A stretch of 64,000 nucleotides of DNA from a virus (taxonomy: Duplodnaviria > Caudoviricetes): IMG/VR virus record IMGVR_UViG_3300033463_000008. One strand, written 5' to 3'. A program made the position numbers and the translations under genes. Under the pieces are notes generated by a model. It worked only from the letters and a program-made list of their open reading frames with translations. It did not search any database and had not been told where the DNA came from. Numbering within the stretch: position 1 is the stretch's first letter; every line of letters starts with the position of its first letter. Of this stretch, positions 35,812-45,764 are shown in pieces.

Positions 35812-37665
35812 CTACACCGCCTTGGCATACATTCTCGCATAATAGTCAGCCAGGGATTCCGTCTTCGGCGGCTGGTCCCAACTGACAGCCAGCAAGGCCT
35901 CGACCCGCTGCCGGTTGTAGTCATTATCCGGCCTGTAGTTAGGTTGACGTTCTTCAGAGTCTATTTCAAGCGGCAAACGCTTCTTTGGGCCAGGAAGGTA
36001 TGCACTGCGAACCACCGTCCTCTTGTAAGACTCGGTAAGGTCATCAGCATAATCCTGCAACTTCTTCATCCCGTCGTCAGAATATTCCTTGACAGCCTTG
36101 AAGCGAAGATACTGATACCATTTCTCGTTGTAGTAATCGTCTCCGCCTTTCAAGCCCTGCACAATGGAACCGGCAACCTTGATGAGGATATCCTCGTCAG
36201 TCTTGGAAACATATTCATTTCCGTTGATGATGTTATTCTCAAGGTCAACACCGGTCGAGAATGTGGCTGCTTCCCTGTACGGGTCATCATACGCTCTTTC
36301 GGTATTACCGGTAGCTTCGCGACGGCTTTCTTCAATAGTCGCCGACAAGGAGCCACGTGTAACCGCGCTGCGGTTTTCCTCCACCACGACAGATGCCTTC
36401 TGGGTCTTGGATACAAGCCTATCCCACAGGGAATCCCACATGTCGCGCAACTGGGTCAATGTATATCCCCGCTCAGCATCAGCATCAATACAGCACATGT
36501 ACAGGTCAGCTTCGAACGCCCGGTTCCAGAAATCATCGGTCAGCCGGAAATCCTCATTCAGTTTCTTCACCTTGTTGCGGATCTTGTCGCCCAATCCCGG
36601 ACAACCGTATTCCAGACAAGGAACCATCCGTTTCAGGGTGGTCATCATGTCGAGTATGGACATGCCGTAATACTTCCGGTCACCGTCATATTCGGTCGTG
36701 TAGACAAAGAGGCAGTCAAGGTGAGCATCCTTACACCCCGTAATCATGGCAGTAACGTCCCATTTCTTGCGAAGGAAGTCGGCATATTGTTTGATGAGCC
36801 ACCGGAACGGGGCTATAATCATACTGAAAATAAAATCAATGCCGAACTTGATGAAGTCAAAGAACATGACAAGGTATCTGCGGATGTATTTTTCCATCAG
36901 CCTGGATAGGCCTGTAGCAAGCGTGGCCCCGTCAAGGAACGAGAATTTTGTCCTTAAACAGTTGACAATTTCAGTAGGATTGTCAGATATGCTATTGCCG
37001 TCAGAATCTTTATCGCATCCGGTTATAAAGGCTATGAACCTGGAAACACAAGGACATGTGCTCATGAACTTTATAAGGCCATTCCAGTCAATCGCAATCG
37101 ACAGCTCGATTGTGTTCTGGAGATACTTGTCAATCGAATCATAAACGTCAAGGAGACAAGCCAGGGTCGCATTGGTGATGCGCTTCGTGGCCCTTTCAAG
37201 TTTCTTGCGGGCAGCATCTATCTTCTCAAACAATACAAAGGCAGCCTTGGAACAGATTTCCAACCATCCGACAAGGGTACCGTAGAACGAGGTAATGGCG
37301 TTGCAAATTGCCTTGTTCACCGTATTGGTAGCCATAAAATCTTTCAGCTTCACTCCACTGCTGATAGAGTTCAGGAACTTCTTGGCCGTATCGACCCCGT
37401 TAAGTCCAGTCTTTAGCCATGGGCACAAATCGGTAATCCAGTCATACAGATGGTCCGAACAGTCATATGCATACAATTCGGTAGCGCTTTTCTGGATAGC
37501 CTGAGAAGCGTTGTTGAAAATATCAAAAAACTCGTTGACATGATCATTCAATGAGAGTTTAGAATCCGAAGTCGGCTCCGGGTTGCTCGGAATCACCTTT
37601 CCGGTAACGCCGGTAAGGTTTTTCTTATCCCCATCGAGGACTTCTTGACAAGTCTTGGCTGCCAT
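35812..37665 (-). CDS. Cys-rich helical hypothetical protein in the baseplate operon
   Basis: 617-aa ORF coupled to gp5; about 16 Cys in the first ~400 aa. Confidence 0.75.
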   Translation of the reverse strand: MAAKTCQEVLDGDKKNLTGVTGKVIPSNPEPTSDSKLSLNDHVNEFFDIFNNASQAIQKSATELYAYDCSDHLYDWITDLCPWLKTGLNGVDTAKKFLNSISSGVKLKDFMATNTVNKAICNAITSFYGTLVGWLEICSKAAFVLFEKIDAARKKLERATKRITNATLACLLDVYDSIDKYLQNTIELSIAIDWNGLIKFMSTCPCVSRFIAFITGCDKDSDGNSISDNPTEIVNCLRTKFSFLDGATLATGLSRLMEKYIRRYLVMFFDFIKFGIDFIFSMIIAPFRWLIKQYADFLRKKWDVTAMITGCKDAHLDCLFVYTTEYDGDRKYYGMSILDMMTTLKRMVPCLEYGCPGLGDKIRNKVKKLNEDFRLTDDFWNRAFEADLYMCCIDADAERGYTLTQLRDMWDSLWDRLVSKTQKASVVVEENRSAVTRGSLSATIEESRREATGNTERAYDDPYREAATFSTGVDLENNIINGNEYVSKTDEDILIKVAGSIVQGLKGGDDYYNEKWYQYLRFKAVKEYSDDGMKKLQDYADDLTESYKRTVVRSAYLPGPKKRLPLEIDSEERQPNYRPDNDYNRQRVEALLAVSWDQPPKTESLADYYARMYAKAV

Positions 37666-38894
37666 TAGTATTCCTCGTATGCTTGTAGGTTAATATACGA
37701 CACGTCCAGCATCGAGCGCTGATATGCGAATACTGGCGGCTCGCCATCAAGGCCAAACGTCTTGACAGCACTCGTGCGGATCAATGCCAGTTTATCCATC
37801 TGGTACTGGTTGAGCGTGCCGTTTCCATAGAACATCACCACGATTGCATCGACATTGGCCTTTTTGTTGCGCATTTTGGACAGCTTCATGTCCTTGCCAA
37901 AAGTGGCATCATTCTGCAGTTCAATGAGCTGGACGAATCCGTTGTTCTTCAAGTCGCCCGCCATCACGTCATTGGTCCCGATTATATCCGGCTCGCCACC
38001 GCCGAGCCCAACAAGATAATGCGGAACACACTTGGCGTCAGCATCCATGAAGTCAGACAGCTTGGTGGAGAATGCCACGTTGTCCGTGCAGCAGATAAGG
38101 ATATGTGTAGCCTTCTTTCCATTCCTGAGGGCAAATCCATCCGGGCCACATGGCTCGATTGGAACGGTTTCGACAACGTTCCCGGCTGCATCATACAATT
38201 CAGCGACATTGGTGCCATCGGAAATCTCGTCCGGACTGGGAGCCTTTTCTTCCTGTGGACCAGCGCCGCGCAATGTTTCGATGGTCATTGCAGAAATATG
38301 GGAAACCGACAGATATTCACTACCCTGGGTGACCCCGCTTTCGCCATGCCCAACCGGCATGCAGGTAAATATGTCAATTGTCCCCTCGGTCAAGACAGGC
38401 AACGACTTGGCACCTTCTTCACTGCTGTAACTATCCGATTCGATGGTAATCGCGCCGTTCGGGCCCCATACCATGTTGCTTCCGTTACCCGGATTTTCAA
38501 TCTTGGTGACATGGGTATCCCTGTTGTGGGTGTAGAGAAAATTATGCTCGCCTAGATTGGCGACCGCAAGGAACGGGTAGTTTTCGGTATATTCCCTCGG
38601 GAGGAATGACGGAGTCGCCGACACGCCATAATAGAGACCCTGGGTAATATCGCCATTAAGGAACTTGACAAGCAGCCAATAGCCTTCCTGCGGAACGGCT
38701 TCCAACCCAAGGCCAAGCTGAGGATAAACCCACGGCTGTTCCTCGGTTTTCCAGTCATCAGTAACGCCCTTGATTATCGCCTGCACAGCGCCGGTATGGT
38801 TTGTATCAATCATCGTCCCAACCACCTGTCCATAATAGAACGGGAGCGGCAAGCGCCTAGTGAGCGAACTGTAGTTCATTGATGATTCAACCAT
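37665..38894 (-). CDS. gp5: Baseplate spike/hub, T4 gp5/VgrG OB-fold, with C-terminal amidase-like domain
   Basis: YYGQVV...D....G.V...I.G...PW..P......VP..G....V.F.NGD.....Y.G; C-terminal HILICCT...PHYLVG resembles Amidase_2. Confidence 0.72.
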   Translation of the reverse strand: MVESSMNYSSLTRRLPLPFYYGQVVGTMIDTNHTGAVQAIIKGVTDDWKTEEQPWVYPQLGLGLEAVPQEGYWLLVKFLNGDITQGLYYGVSATPSFLPREYTENYPFLAVANLGEHNFLYTHNRDTHVTKIENPGNGSNMVWGPNGAITIESDSYSSEEGAKSLPVLTEGTIDIFTCMPVGHGESGVTQGSEYLSVSHISAMTIETLRGAGPQEEKAPSPDEISDGTNVAELYDAAGNVVETVPIEPCGPDGFALRNGKKATHILICCTDNVAFSTKLSDFMDADAKCVPHYLVGLGGGEPDIIGTNDVMAGDLKNNGFVQLIELQNDATFGKDMKLSKMRNKKANVDAIVVMFYGNGTLNQYQMDKLALIRTSAVKTFGLDGEPPVFAYQRSMLDVSYINLQAYEEY

Positions 38895-38895
38895 G

Positions 38896-40248
38896 TTACT
38901 TTTCCTTCATGTTGTCAACTACTTGCCGCACAGTATCCATGACTATGCCATATTCCTTCGACGGGTCCTTGGAATACTGGAAATTCGTAGCCAGGACAAT
39001 ATCTGTTTCATATTCACTGGTCATCGTGGTTGACGGGTTTCCCAACGTACCGCTAGTCACGGTATTTTTCTTGTTGACCTGCTTGCTCAATACGATGTAG
39101 CGGGCAGTGTAGTTAGGGTCGGCATTCAACTGTCCCTGCTTGATGAGGATGTTGTTTGCCATCAAGTACACGCATGAACCGACCGGCGGGCCAAAATGGT
39201 TATAGATGCGAACCACCGCCACGCGGCTGTATTCAGCAAGAAGCCTTGCACGGATAGTATCGGCAACGGCATATTTCTTATGCACATTCATCGGGAACGA
39301 CATGACAAGCTTCGGCTCGCCATAAACGCCTGTGCTGTTCTTGGGCGGCTTCATGCCGGAAGGAAGCTCGTTCGCCCCCGCAGTCGCCATGATGACATCA
39401 AGACATTCACCACCGCAGTCGCCGGTTTCCTTCTCTCCCTTGTTGTTTGTTGTATCGACCACCAGGTTGGGAAACATTGCGGCACGCCATGTGGATGAAC
39501 GGTCTTCACGGGTCATGGACTCGTAACGGTAAATAGTAGTTCCAGCAAGAGCCTTCGGCTTGTATGTAGCATCCTTGGTGGAAAGCATCGCATCCTGCGA
39601 ATAGAACATCATTGAACGAGTCTTAGACGCCTTTTCCGTATTGAATGTAGAGATGATGATTTTCCCCTTCAATTCATCAAATGCCCAGAACAATATATCC
39701 GACGGGACATAGGACATACTGACGATGTAATTCAGGTTTTCTGCAAGATTGCCATTGACCAGTCGCCATGTCATGGTGTCAGAATTTTTACCGTTATCGA
39801 CATATCTGGAAATGTATTCCATTCCACTTTTCTTGATGCATTCCTTCAACGCTGCCGAGCTCGTTCCCGTGCATGCAAAGTTTACCTGTTTCAAATCGCT
39901 TTCCTTGGACCCGACTACGAAATCGAAGGAGATATTGACACTGTCGGTAGTATTCTGGGACTGTTTGAAGTTGGAAATATAGACGCCAAACGCAAAGTCT
40001 TCTTTTAATTCCGACCCATATTCCTGAATAACCATGGTCCCATAGCTGCCACCAACGGGAATTTCATCGGTGTGGTTCAATGTACATTCGGCATGTCCAT
40101 ACGGCATGGCATTCACGTCAAAGAACATGCCGAGCTTGCGCACACTAGGTGCGTTTATGGCTATATACCCGTCAACCTCGGGATTGAGTGACTTCGGTAG
40201 CGAAAACGCCACTACGAAGTTTGAACCGGTTTTAGATACTGCACCCAT
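38896..40248 (-). CDS. Baseplate hub protein, gp27-like
   Basis: Position between gp53-like and gp5; size; C-terminal G...VG..V.L.........Y...Y.V pattern of hub proteins. Confidence 0.5.
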   Translation of the reverse strand: MGAVSKTGSNFVVAFSLPKSLNPEVDGYIAINAPSVRKLGMFFDVNAMPYGHAECTLNHTDEIPVGGSYGTMVIQEYGSELKEDFAFGVYISNFKQSQNTTDSVNISFDFVVGSKESDLKQVNFACTGTSSAALKECIKKSGMEYISRYVDNGKNSDTMTWRLVNGNLAENLNYIVSMSYVPSDILFWAFDELKGKIIISTFNTEKASKTRSMMFYSQDAMLSTKDATYKPKALAGTTIYRYESMTREDRSSTWRAAMFPNLVVDTTNNKGEKETGDCGGECLDVIMATAGANELPSGMKPPKNSTGVYGEPKLVMSFPMNVHKKYAVADTIRARLLAEYSRVAVVRIYNHFGPPVGSCVYLMANNILIKQGQLNADPNYTARYIVLSKQVNKKNTVTSGTLGNPSTTMTSEYETDIVLATNFQYSKDPSKEYGIVMDTVRQVVDNMKEK

Positions 40249-40700
40249 TACTCTTCTTCCTGGTCGCTAACCACTTCATTTAGTTCGTTATACCGTTCAT
40301 ACCACTTCACTGCACTGTCCGGAGACGGAACGAAAATCAGACGGTCCGGCTCGGCATCCGTGATATTTCCATTGCCGAAATCGGAATACCCCAGCCAGTC
40401 GCGCACTCCCAATACCATCGTATCGTTTATGCGGCGAATTTCAGACTCAAGTGCAGCTCCACGATAGCCACGTAAAACTAGTTCGTTGCGAATCGATTCG
40501 TCCGTCGGGCGAATTCCAGGACGGGTCAGCATAGGATTTGTCATCCTGTTTGCCGCAGCAAACACCTTGTAGGCGGTTGGGGTATCGTACCTGTCGGCAC
40601 ACACCAAGTCAAGACGACCGCCCCGATAGAACGGAAGCTTGAATGAACTCTGAATTGGCAAGTCATGATTACGAAAACGTGGGAATTCTTCCTTTGCCAT
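40248..40700 (-). CDS. gp53: Baseplate wedge LysM protein, gp53-like
   Basis: RLDLVCADRYDTPTAYKVFAAANRMTNP...LIFVP. Confidence 0.7.
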   Translation of the reverse strand: MAKEEFPRFRNHDLPIQSSFKLPFYRGGRLDLVCADRYDTPTAYKVFAAANRMTNPMLTRPGIRPTDESIRNELVLRGYRGAALESEIRRINDTMVLGVRDWLGYSDFGNGNITDAEPDRLIFVPSPDSAVKWYERYNELNEVVSDQEEE

Positions 40701-40703
40701 ATA

Positions 40704-42068
40704 TTACCTGCCTTTCTTATTCCTGCCCTTCTTTTTGTTTCCACCGGTGGTCCCGGTAGTTCCTTCCTTCTTGTCTGCATGCGCGCTTTTCAGGTAACGA
40801 CCGCTATTGAACACATCGTCACCCATCCAGCGAATGAAGCCCTTCTTTGGATCGGGAGTCATCCACATATCAAACTGAATGTCAGCCGTTATGTAGAGCG
40901 GAATGTGGGTGCCGTCTTCGGAAATGAACTGTTCCTTGCTGGAATGGAAAGTCACTCCCCGGATAACAAGGGGTTCAATATCAAGGATATGGCCAAGAGT
41001 CAACCGTACCGGGAATGGATTCACCGTGATGTTTCCGCCAAAGAACGAGTTAATCTTCAACATGAAGTTTAGCCCATCGTTGGCAGCCATCTTCATCACG
41101 TCACTGGCAAGCTTCATCGTATCCGCATCGGGTGTCAATTTATTCTTTGCCGCGTCAATAGCTTCACCGGCTTTCTTGCTGTAAAATTCACCAAGGTCAT
41201 TTCCATAGTCCATCATCTCATCGCCTAGCGGAACGTATTTTCTAATAGCCCCGCCTATCGCCCCGGTAACTTCGCCGACCTTATTCGATACAGCGGATCC
41301 AAACTGCGATAATCCCTTCTTGGCATCGCTGGCAAATTCTCCCACGGACGCCATTGTATCTTTGTAATCTTGACTGCTAGTCAATTCAGCAACAGCTTTG
41401 GTCAGTTTGCCCACAAGATCCTTGTCATCCATGTTTGCCGAGCGCACAAACGCCAAAGTAAGCAATCTGGAAATAGACAATCGCGCCATGTTTTCCTGTT
41501 CCGGCATATACCATTTGCATTTTACGGTCTTGTCGAAATTAAACGTAGCGCCCTTAAAATCCTTCAATGTACAGGCACCCGTAGAGTCGGTATTGAGACC
41601 GGCAGCATTTGCCATCTTGGTCGAAAAATCACCAACAGTTTTAGTAATCTTTCCCATAAACCCAAGAGCATTGCTGCCAGCTTTTCCAACCACAGGAATG
41701 TGAGAAACTGCACCGGCAACGCCATTCAGCGTCTCAGTTAACTCACCAAACCCATGTTTTCCTTTCTCCCATGAGGCGGTCAATCCAAACTCAACACCTT
41801 CATTGTCCTTCGGGTCGAAGAATCCATAGAACGGCTTGGTCGCATCGTTATAAAGCATGGATTCCATAAGAGCTTGCTGGAACCGGTTAGTCATGGCATA
41901 CAGGCCACCATTCAAGTAGGTCGCCTTTGCAGATGGAGACAAAACTTCAATACGCACCACGTTCGGGTTTGGCAATTTCTCCGAATGGTATAACTTTGAC
42001 AACTTGTCATTATGCCCCGGAAACGGGGTGTATTTCTTCTTCCTGATTTCCTTTGCTGACCACGCCAT
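40704..42068 (-). CDS. Baseplate tube-initiator protein, gp48-like
   Basis: Follows the tape measure; PFPVRLTLG......LVIRGVTF.......DG...PL....DIQF tube-fold C-terminus. Confidence 0.5.
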   Translation of the reverse strand: MAWSAKEIRKKKYTPFPGHNDKLSKLYHSEKLPNPNVVRIEVLSPSAKATYLNGGLYAMTNRFQQALMESMLYNDATKPFYGFFDPKDNEGVEFGLTASWEKGKHGFGELTETLNGVAGAVSHIPVVGKAGSNALGFMGKITKTVGDFSTKMANAAGLNTDSTGACTLKDFKGATFNFDKTVKCKWYMPEQENMARLSISRLLTLAFVRSANMDDKDLVGKLTKAVAELTSSQDYKDTMASVGEFASDAKKGLSQFGSAVSNKVGEVTGAIGGAIRKYVPLGDEMMDYGNDLGEFYSKKAGEAIDAAKNKLTPDADTMKLASDVMKMAANDGLNFMLKINSFFGGNITVNPFPVRLTLGHILDIEPLVIRGVTFHSSKEQFISEDGTHIPLYITADIQFDMWMTPDPKKGFIRWMGDDVFNSGRYLKSAHADKKEGTTGTTGGNKKKGRNKKGR

Positions 42069-42071
42069 GCA

Positions 42072-43934
42072 CTACCCCATCAACTTGTGTTCTACCGATG
42101 TTCCAGCAGCCTTAGCTGTCGATGTCAACACCGCCTGCACTTCCGGGAGGAGGAATGCATCCCGGATTCCTTCAAAAGTAAACTGTTTGAACTGCCTTGC
42201 CTTTTCCTCGGCAGTGATTATATCATCAGTCATTACGCCCGTGCCGGCGTTTATGACATTGGGAGTCGTATTCGTGTTGGAGCCGACAGCCAGCGGAACT
42301 GCAGTTTCCTGTTGAATGTTCGGCTGGGCATCCTTCTGGACAGCAGGCTGCTGCGGATTCTGCTGCTGATTATTCGGATTCTGGCCATTGGGCTGAGTGC
42401 CGTTATCAAGAGCTTTCTTTTGTGCAGCCTTGTATCGTTCAAGTTCCTCATTCTGGAACTTGATGAAAGCACCCTTGTCTTCAACATTGACCCCCGCCTT
42501 GGTAGCAAGCTGTTTCTGTTCTTCGAGCCATTTGCCAACCGCCTTGCTATCAGTACGCTTGATACCATATGCTTCTGCACGGTCAAGCATTTGCTTATGG
42601 CGTCTCAGCTCGATTTGGCGGTCAACTTCCGCCATTTTGGCCTCATATTCCTTATTCCGGACTCCCTCGGTCTTTGCCCCAAAAACTGCATCGGCTACAG
42701 ATGCCAAAATCCCATTCTTTTCTTTTGCCAATTCAGCATCAGCCTTATCCGACTTGATGTTGGCATCGCGCAAATCATCGTTTACGCCATTTTTCATCTT
42801 GTTATTGGCATCAGTGGCGTTCTTGAGATTCTTATCGATGTTTGCATTGGCCTCGCTGCTGGCCTTGTGCCAGTCCCAAAGCGATTTTCCGGCCATACCA
42901 ATCATGCCAAGCGAAGCAATGGTCGCTGCACCAAGTGCGGCTATTCCACCACCCTTGACTAACGAACCCAAGCCACTCGTCTTCTTGACAATGCTACTTG
43001 AGTCGCTATTGGCTTGGTCACTATGAACATTAAGTTCATCATTCAAGATTTTATCAAATACCTGATTACCCTTCGACATGAAGTCAGGAGCCGTCTTCGA
43101 CAAGAACTTCAGTTGAAGGTCATCCTTCATTTTATCACGGCTACGTTCCGTCCCAGTTTCGTCTTTCTTTTTCTTCGGTTTTAGCTCGGCATCTTCATCA
43201 TCATCAAAGCCTGCCAGTAACTTGTTAAAATCGAAGAAATCCGTTCTTAGTTCAGGAGCCGTGATATCGTTATTCCCATTAGGGTCAAACTGATTAGAGG
43301 CCTGTTTGCCTTTTTGAATAAAAATATCATTCTCGGGCAATCCAACTGCACGGTCAATATCATGCTCAGGCTTACGTTCATTCATTATTTCATGTATGCC
43401 ATGAACATCATCGCGAATCTTCGCATTCACATTCTTTTCGGGATTCGTGCTGGCATCAATGGATTTGCGGTCATTTTCATGCTGCTGATTCTCATTTTTG
43501 CCAACATTATGTTTGTCAAGCGACTTGTCAATTGCCGTTTCGAGGGAATTTACTAAATGCTCATTCGTATCCAGCGTTTCAACGGCGAGAAGCTGAGCCT
43601 TGGTAAATCCACGCCCGCTGGCATCTTCTGCAGCTGGCTTGTTCCTGTCTGGTACACCAAACACTCCTTCATCATGAAGGTCGCTTATGCTGTCATGGGT
43701 AGCCGAGGCAAGCGCATCATACATGGCGTCGTTGGCGGCATCGCTCGCAATCGCCCCGGTAAACGCCTTTTCAAGCATCTCCGGCAACGCGTCTTTCAGT
43801 TCGCCTATCGCAGTCCCGATGGACTCGATTGCAGCGGAGAAATCACCCTTATCCGAGGCATCTTGGGCATCGGCATTATTGACCACGGTAACCTGGCCGG
43901 TTGTTGTCGTATTTCTGTTAAAAAGTCCGCTCAT
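42072..43934 (-). CDS. Putative tape measure protein (gp29-like)
   Basis: 620-aa helical protein with a Gly/Ala hydrophobic stretch (GLGSLVKGGGIAALGAATIASLGMIGMAG), between a gp26-like chaperone and gp48/gp53-like genes; TATAAACT at 43968-43975. Confidence 0.55.
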   Translation of the reverse strand: MSGLFNRNTTTTGQVTVVNNADAQDASDKGDFSAAIESIGTAIGELKDALPEMLEKAFTGAIASDAANDAMYDALASATHDSISDLHDEGVFGVPDRNKPAAEDASGRGFTKAQLLAVETLDTNEHLVNSLETAIDKSLDKHNVGKNENQQHENDRKSIDASTNPEKNVNAKIRDDVHGIHEIMNERKPEHDIDRAVGLPENDIFIQKGKQASNQFDPNGNNDITAPELRTDFFDFNKLLAGFDDDEDAELKPKKKKDETGTERSRDKMKDDLQLKFLSKTAPDFMSKGNQVFDKILNDELNVHSDQANSDSSSIVKKTSGLGSLVKGGGIAALGAATIASLGMIGMAGKSLWDWHKASSEANANIDKNLKNATDANNKMKNGVNDDLRDANIKSDKADAELAKEKNGILASVADAVFGAKTEGVRNKEYEAKMAEVDRQIELRRHKQMLDRAEAYGIKRTDSKAVGKWLEEQKQLATKAGVNVEDKGAFIKFQNEELERYKAAQKKALDNGTQPNGQNPNNQQQNPQQPAVQKDAQPNIQQETAVPLAVGSNTNTTPNVINAGTGVMTDDIITAEEKARQFKQFTFEGIRDAFLLPEVQAVLTSTAKAAGTSVEHKLMG

Positions 43935-43978
43935 ATTAAAAATCCGGTGACTGCATCATCACCGGACAGTTTATAATT

Positions 43979-44164
43979 TTACATGGTGCCCGGGGCGCCA
44001 AGTGGCACTTTGGCATTGGTGCGCCCGTACAGTTCAACAAACCGTTTTTCGGCGTAGGCCAGGAGTTCAAGAAATTCCGGGATAAACATCCGGTCGCAAT
44101 CGGCCATGCTGTTATTCGTTATTTCCGAAACAAGAGCCTTGTCCTTCGTAAGGGAAACGATATT
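43979..44164 (-). CDS. gp51-like/chaperone C-terminal segment, probably reached by +1 frameshift from the upstream gene
   Basis: NIVSLTKDKALVSEITNNSMADCDRMFIPEFLELL in the +1 frame directly after CTT TAA; no convincing own RBS/start. Confidence 0.45.
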   Translation of the reverse strand, partial: NIVSLTKDKALVSEITNNSMADCDRMFIPEFLELLAYAEKRFVELYGRTNAKVPLGAPGTM

Positions 44165-45497
44165 AAAGACTGGAAACAAACCGCCGTACGAGAAAGGGAT
44201 ATGGCGTTTCAACCATACCTCCGCATCGGCTACAGGTAATGACCGCAGAAATGTTGCATGCAACGGTCCCGGCCACCACAAGATCTTCAAACACCGGCTT
44301 TTCCTTAGGGGAAAGCTCGGAAATGTAACTGAACTTATCCCACATGTCTTCACAGCCTTCGATTTCCGTAACGGTAGCAACACCGGCAATCTTACGGATT
44401 GCATTCGGGGCATCCATTTCAAACTTCTGTTCCCACTCAGAAATGAACTTGTTAAGCTCCATTGCATGGCGGAGCCGATGGATATAGACATGGCATTCCC
44501 GCCCGTCATCAAGAAAGCCCTTGTGATATCCGTTTACCCTGTGCAACTCATAGAGCTGATCAATGTCCTTCGTTAATGTAAACTTTAGGTTACGGAACCC
44601 AATCCGAAATTCATTGTAAACGTCTTCCTTCGATGTATCAAACTGACAATGTGGACACTTGTAGCCCGGATGCCACAAACCATGCTTGGGAAACGACGAG
44701 GCGCGGAGCCAATGAAGCAAGTACGATTCATCTATGGTTGCAATGTCTTCCGGGGCGATTCCGCGAATTCTACGCTTGAGGATGGAGTTAATAGCCAGTC
44801 GCGTAGTCATCGAGCCATCAACCACGTCATCAAGGAAATAGTTGTCCACTAGCTTCAAGGCCTGACCCATGATTGGGGCTGGATAAAACAAGCCCTTGGA
44901 AGGAAGTCTGGAAACCCGGTTAAACACGCCAAACTCGCCTTCCTCAATATCATACGGACGGTCATTCAATTCCTGGCTTGGCACAGCATGTACAATAGGA
45001 GTTTCAGCCTTCGGCTCAGGGGCAGCAGGTTCCGGCTGGGCTTCCTGAACAGGAGGAACAGGAAGAACAGGAGGCTTTTCCGCAGTATTCGACTTGCCAC
45101 GGTTGCCAATCTTGGAAAACGTCTTGCGCATCTCGTTGGCATCGACTACGGATTCAGCCGGTGCAGCTTCGGATGGCAGTTGCACTTCCGGAGCAATATG
45201 TTCCGGGTTGGACAACGGCATCACATTTTCCTGGGTCACCATGCCACGGCGACGCTTAATGGGCGCCTGCCGCTTGATTGTCGCCATGACCGGGTCTTCA
45301 CCAAGGATTGCAGCGCCACGGCGCCTACGGGCCTCGGCATTCTTACGTTCCATATCCTCGGCAAGCTGGCGCTGTTCGCTAGCCTGTATTTCACGCATGC
45401 CCATCGCCCGCATGGAGGAATCCATTGACATGGCCTGTTCCAGAATTTTCCGGCTATCCGGATCCAAATTTTCAAGTCCCTCTGCCATATACATCAT
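44163..45497 (-). CDS. gp26: Baseplate hub/tail assembly chaperone, gp26-like, with long low-complexity N-terminus
   Basis: LPSKGLFY...D..YLLHWLRASSF...YKCPHC...CSRCG. Confidence 0.68.
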   Translation of the reverse strand: MMYMAEGLENLDPDSRKILEQAMSMDSSMRAMGMREIQASEQRQLAEDMERKNAEARRRRGAAILGEDPVMATIKRQAPIKRRRGMVTQENVMPLSNPEHIAPEVQLPSEAAPAESVVDANEMRKTFSKIGNRGKSNTAEKPPVLPVPPVQEAQPEPAAPEPKAETPIVHAVPSQELNDRPYDIEEGEFGVFNRVSRLPSKGLFYPAPIMGQALKLVDNYFLDDVVDGSMTTRLAINSILKRRIRGIAPEDIATIDESYLLHWLRASSFPKHGLWHPGYKCPHCQFDTSKEDVYNEFRIGFRNLKFTLTKDIDQLYELHRVNGYHKGFLDDGRECHVYIHRLRHAMELNKFISEWEQKFEMDAPNAIRKIAGVATVTEIEGCEDMWDKFSYISELSPKEKPVFEDLVVAGTVACNISAVITCSRCGGMVETPYPFLVRRFVSSL

Positions 45498-45760
45498 CCT
45501 TTCGTAGTGTAGTAAAAATACCGGGGTCCCTTATAGTGTTCCCCGTTCGGTAGGTCAACCTCTATTTCTTCACCCCGACCGTGTGCCATCATATCGAGGA
45601 CCCGCGCAGCAGCTTCATCATGGGTACTGTATGACGGTTCCATGAGCATCGGAGCTTCCACTTTAAGGTCATGATAATCAAGAGAATGGCCTGGCAGGTC
45701 CTTGTTTGCTGCCAGGCTCATAATGTCCACGCGGACGGCAAAATGCCGCTCACCGGTCAT
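45494..45760 (-). CDS. Hypothetical protein
   Basis: GGAG RBS before ATG 45760; stop overlaps the next start. Confidence 0.6.
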   Translation of the reverse strand: MTGERHFAVRVDIMSLAANKDLPGHSLDYHDLKVEAPMLMEPSYSTHDEAAARVLDMMAHGRGEEIEVDLPNGEHYKGPRYFYYTTKG

Positions 45761-45764
45761 TTTG

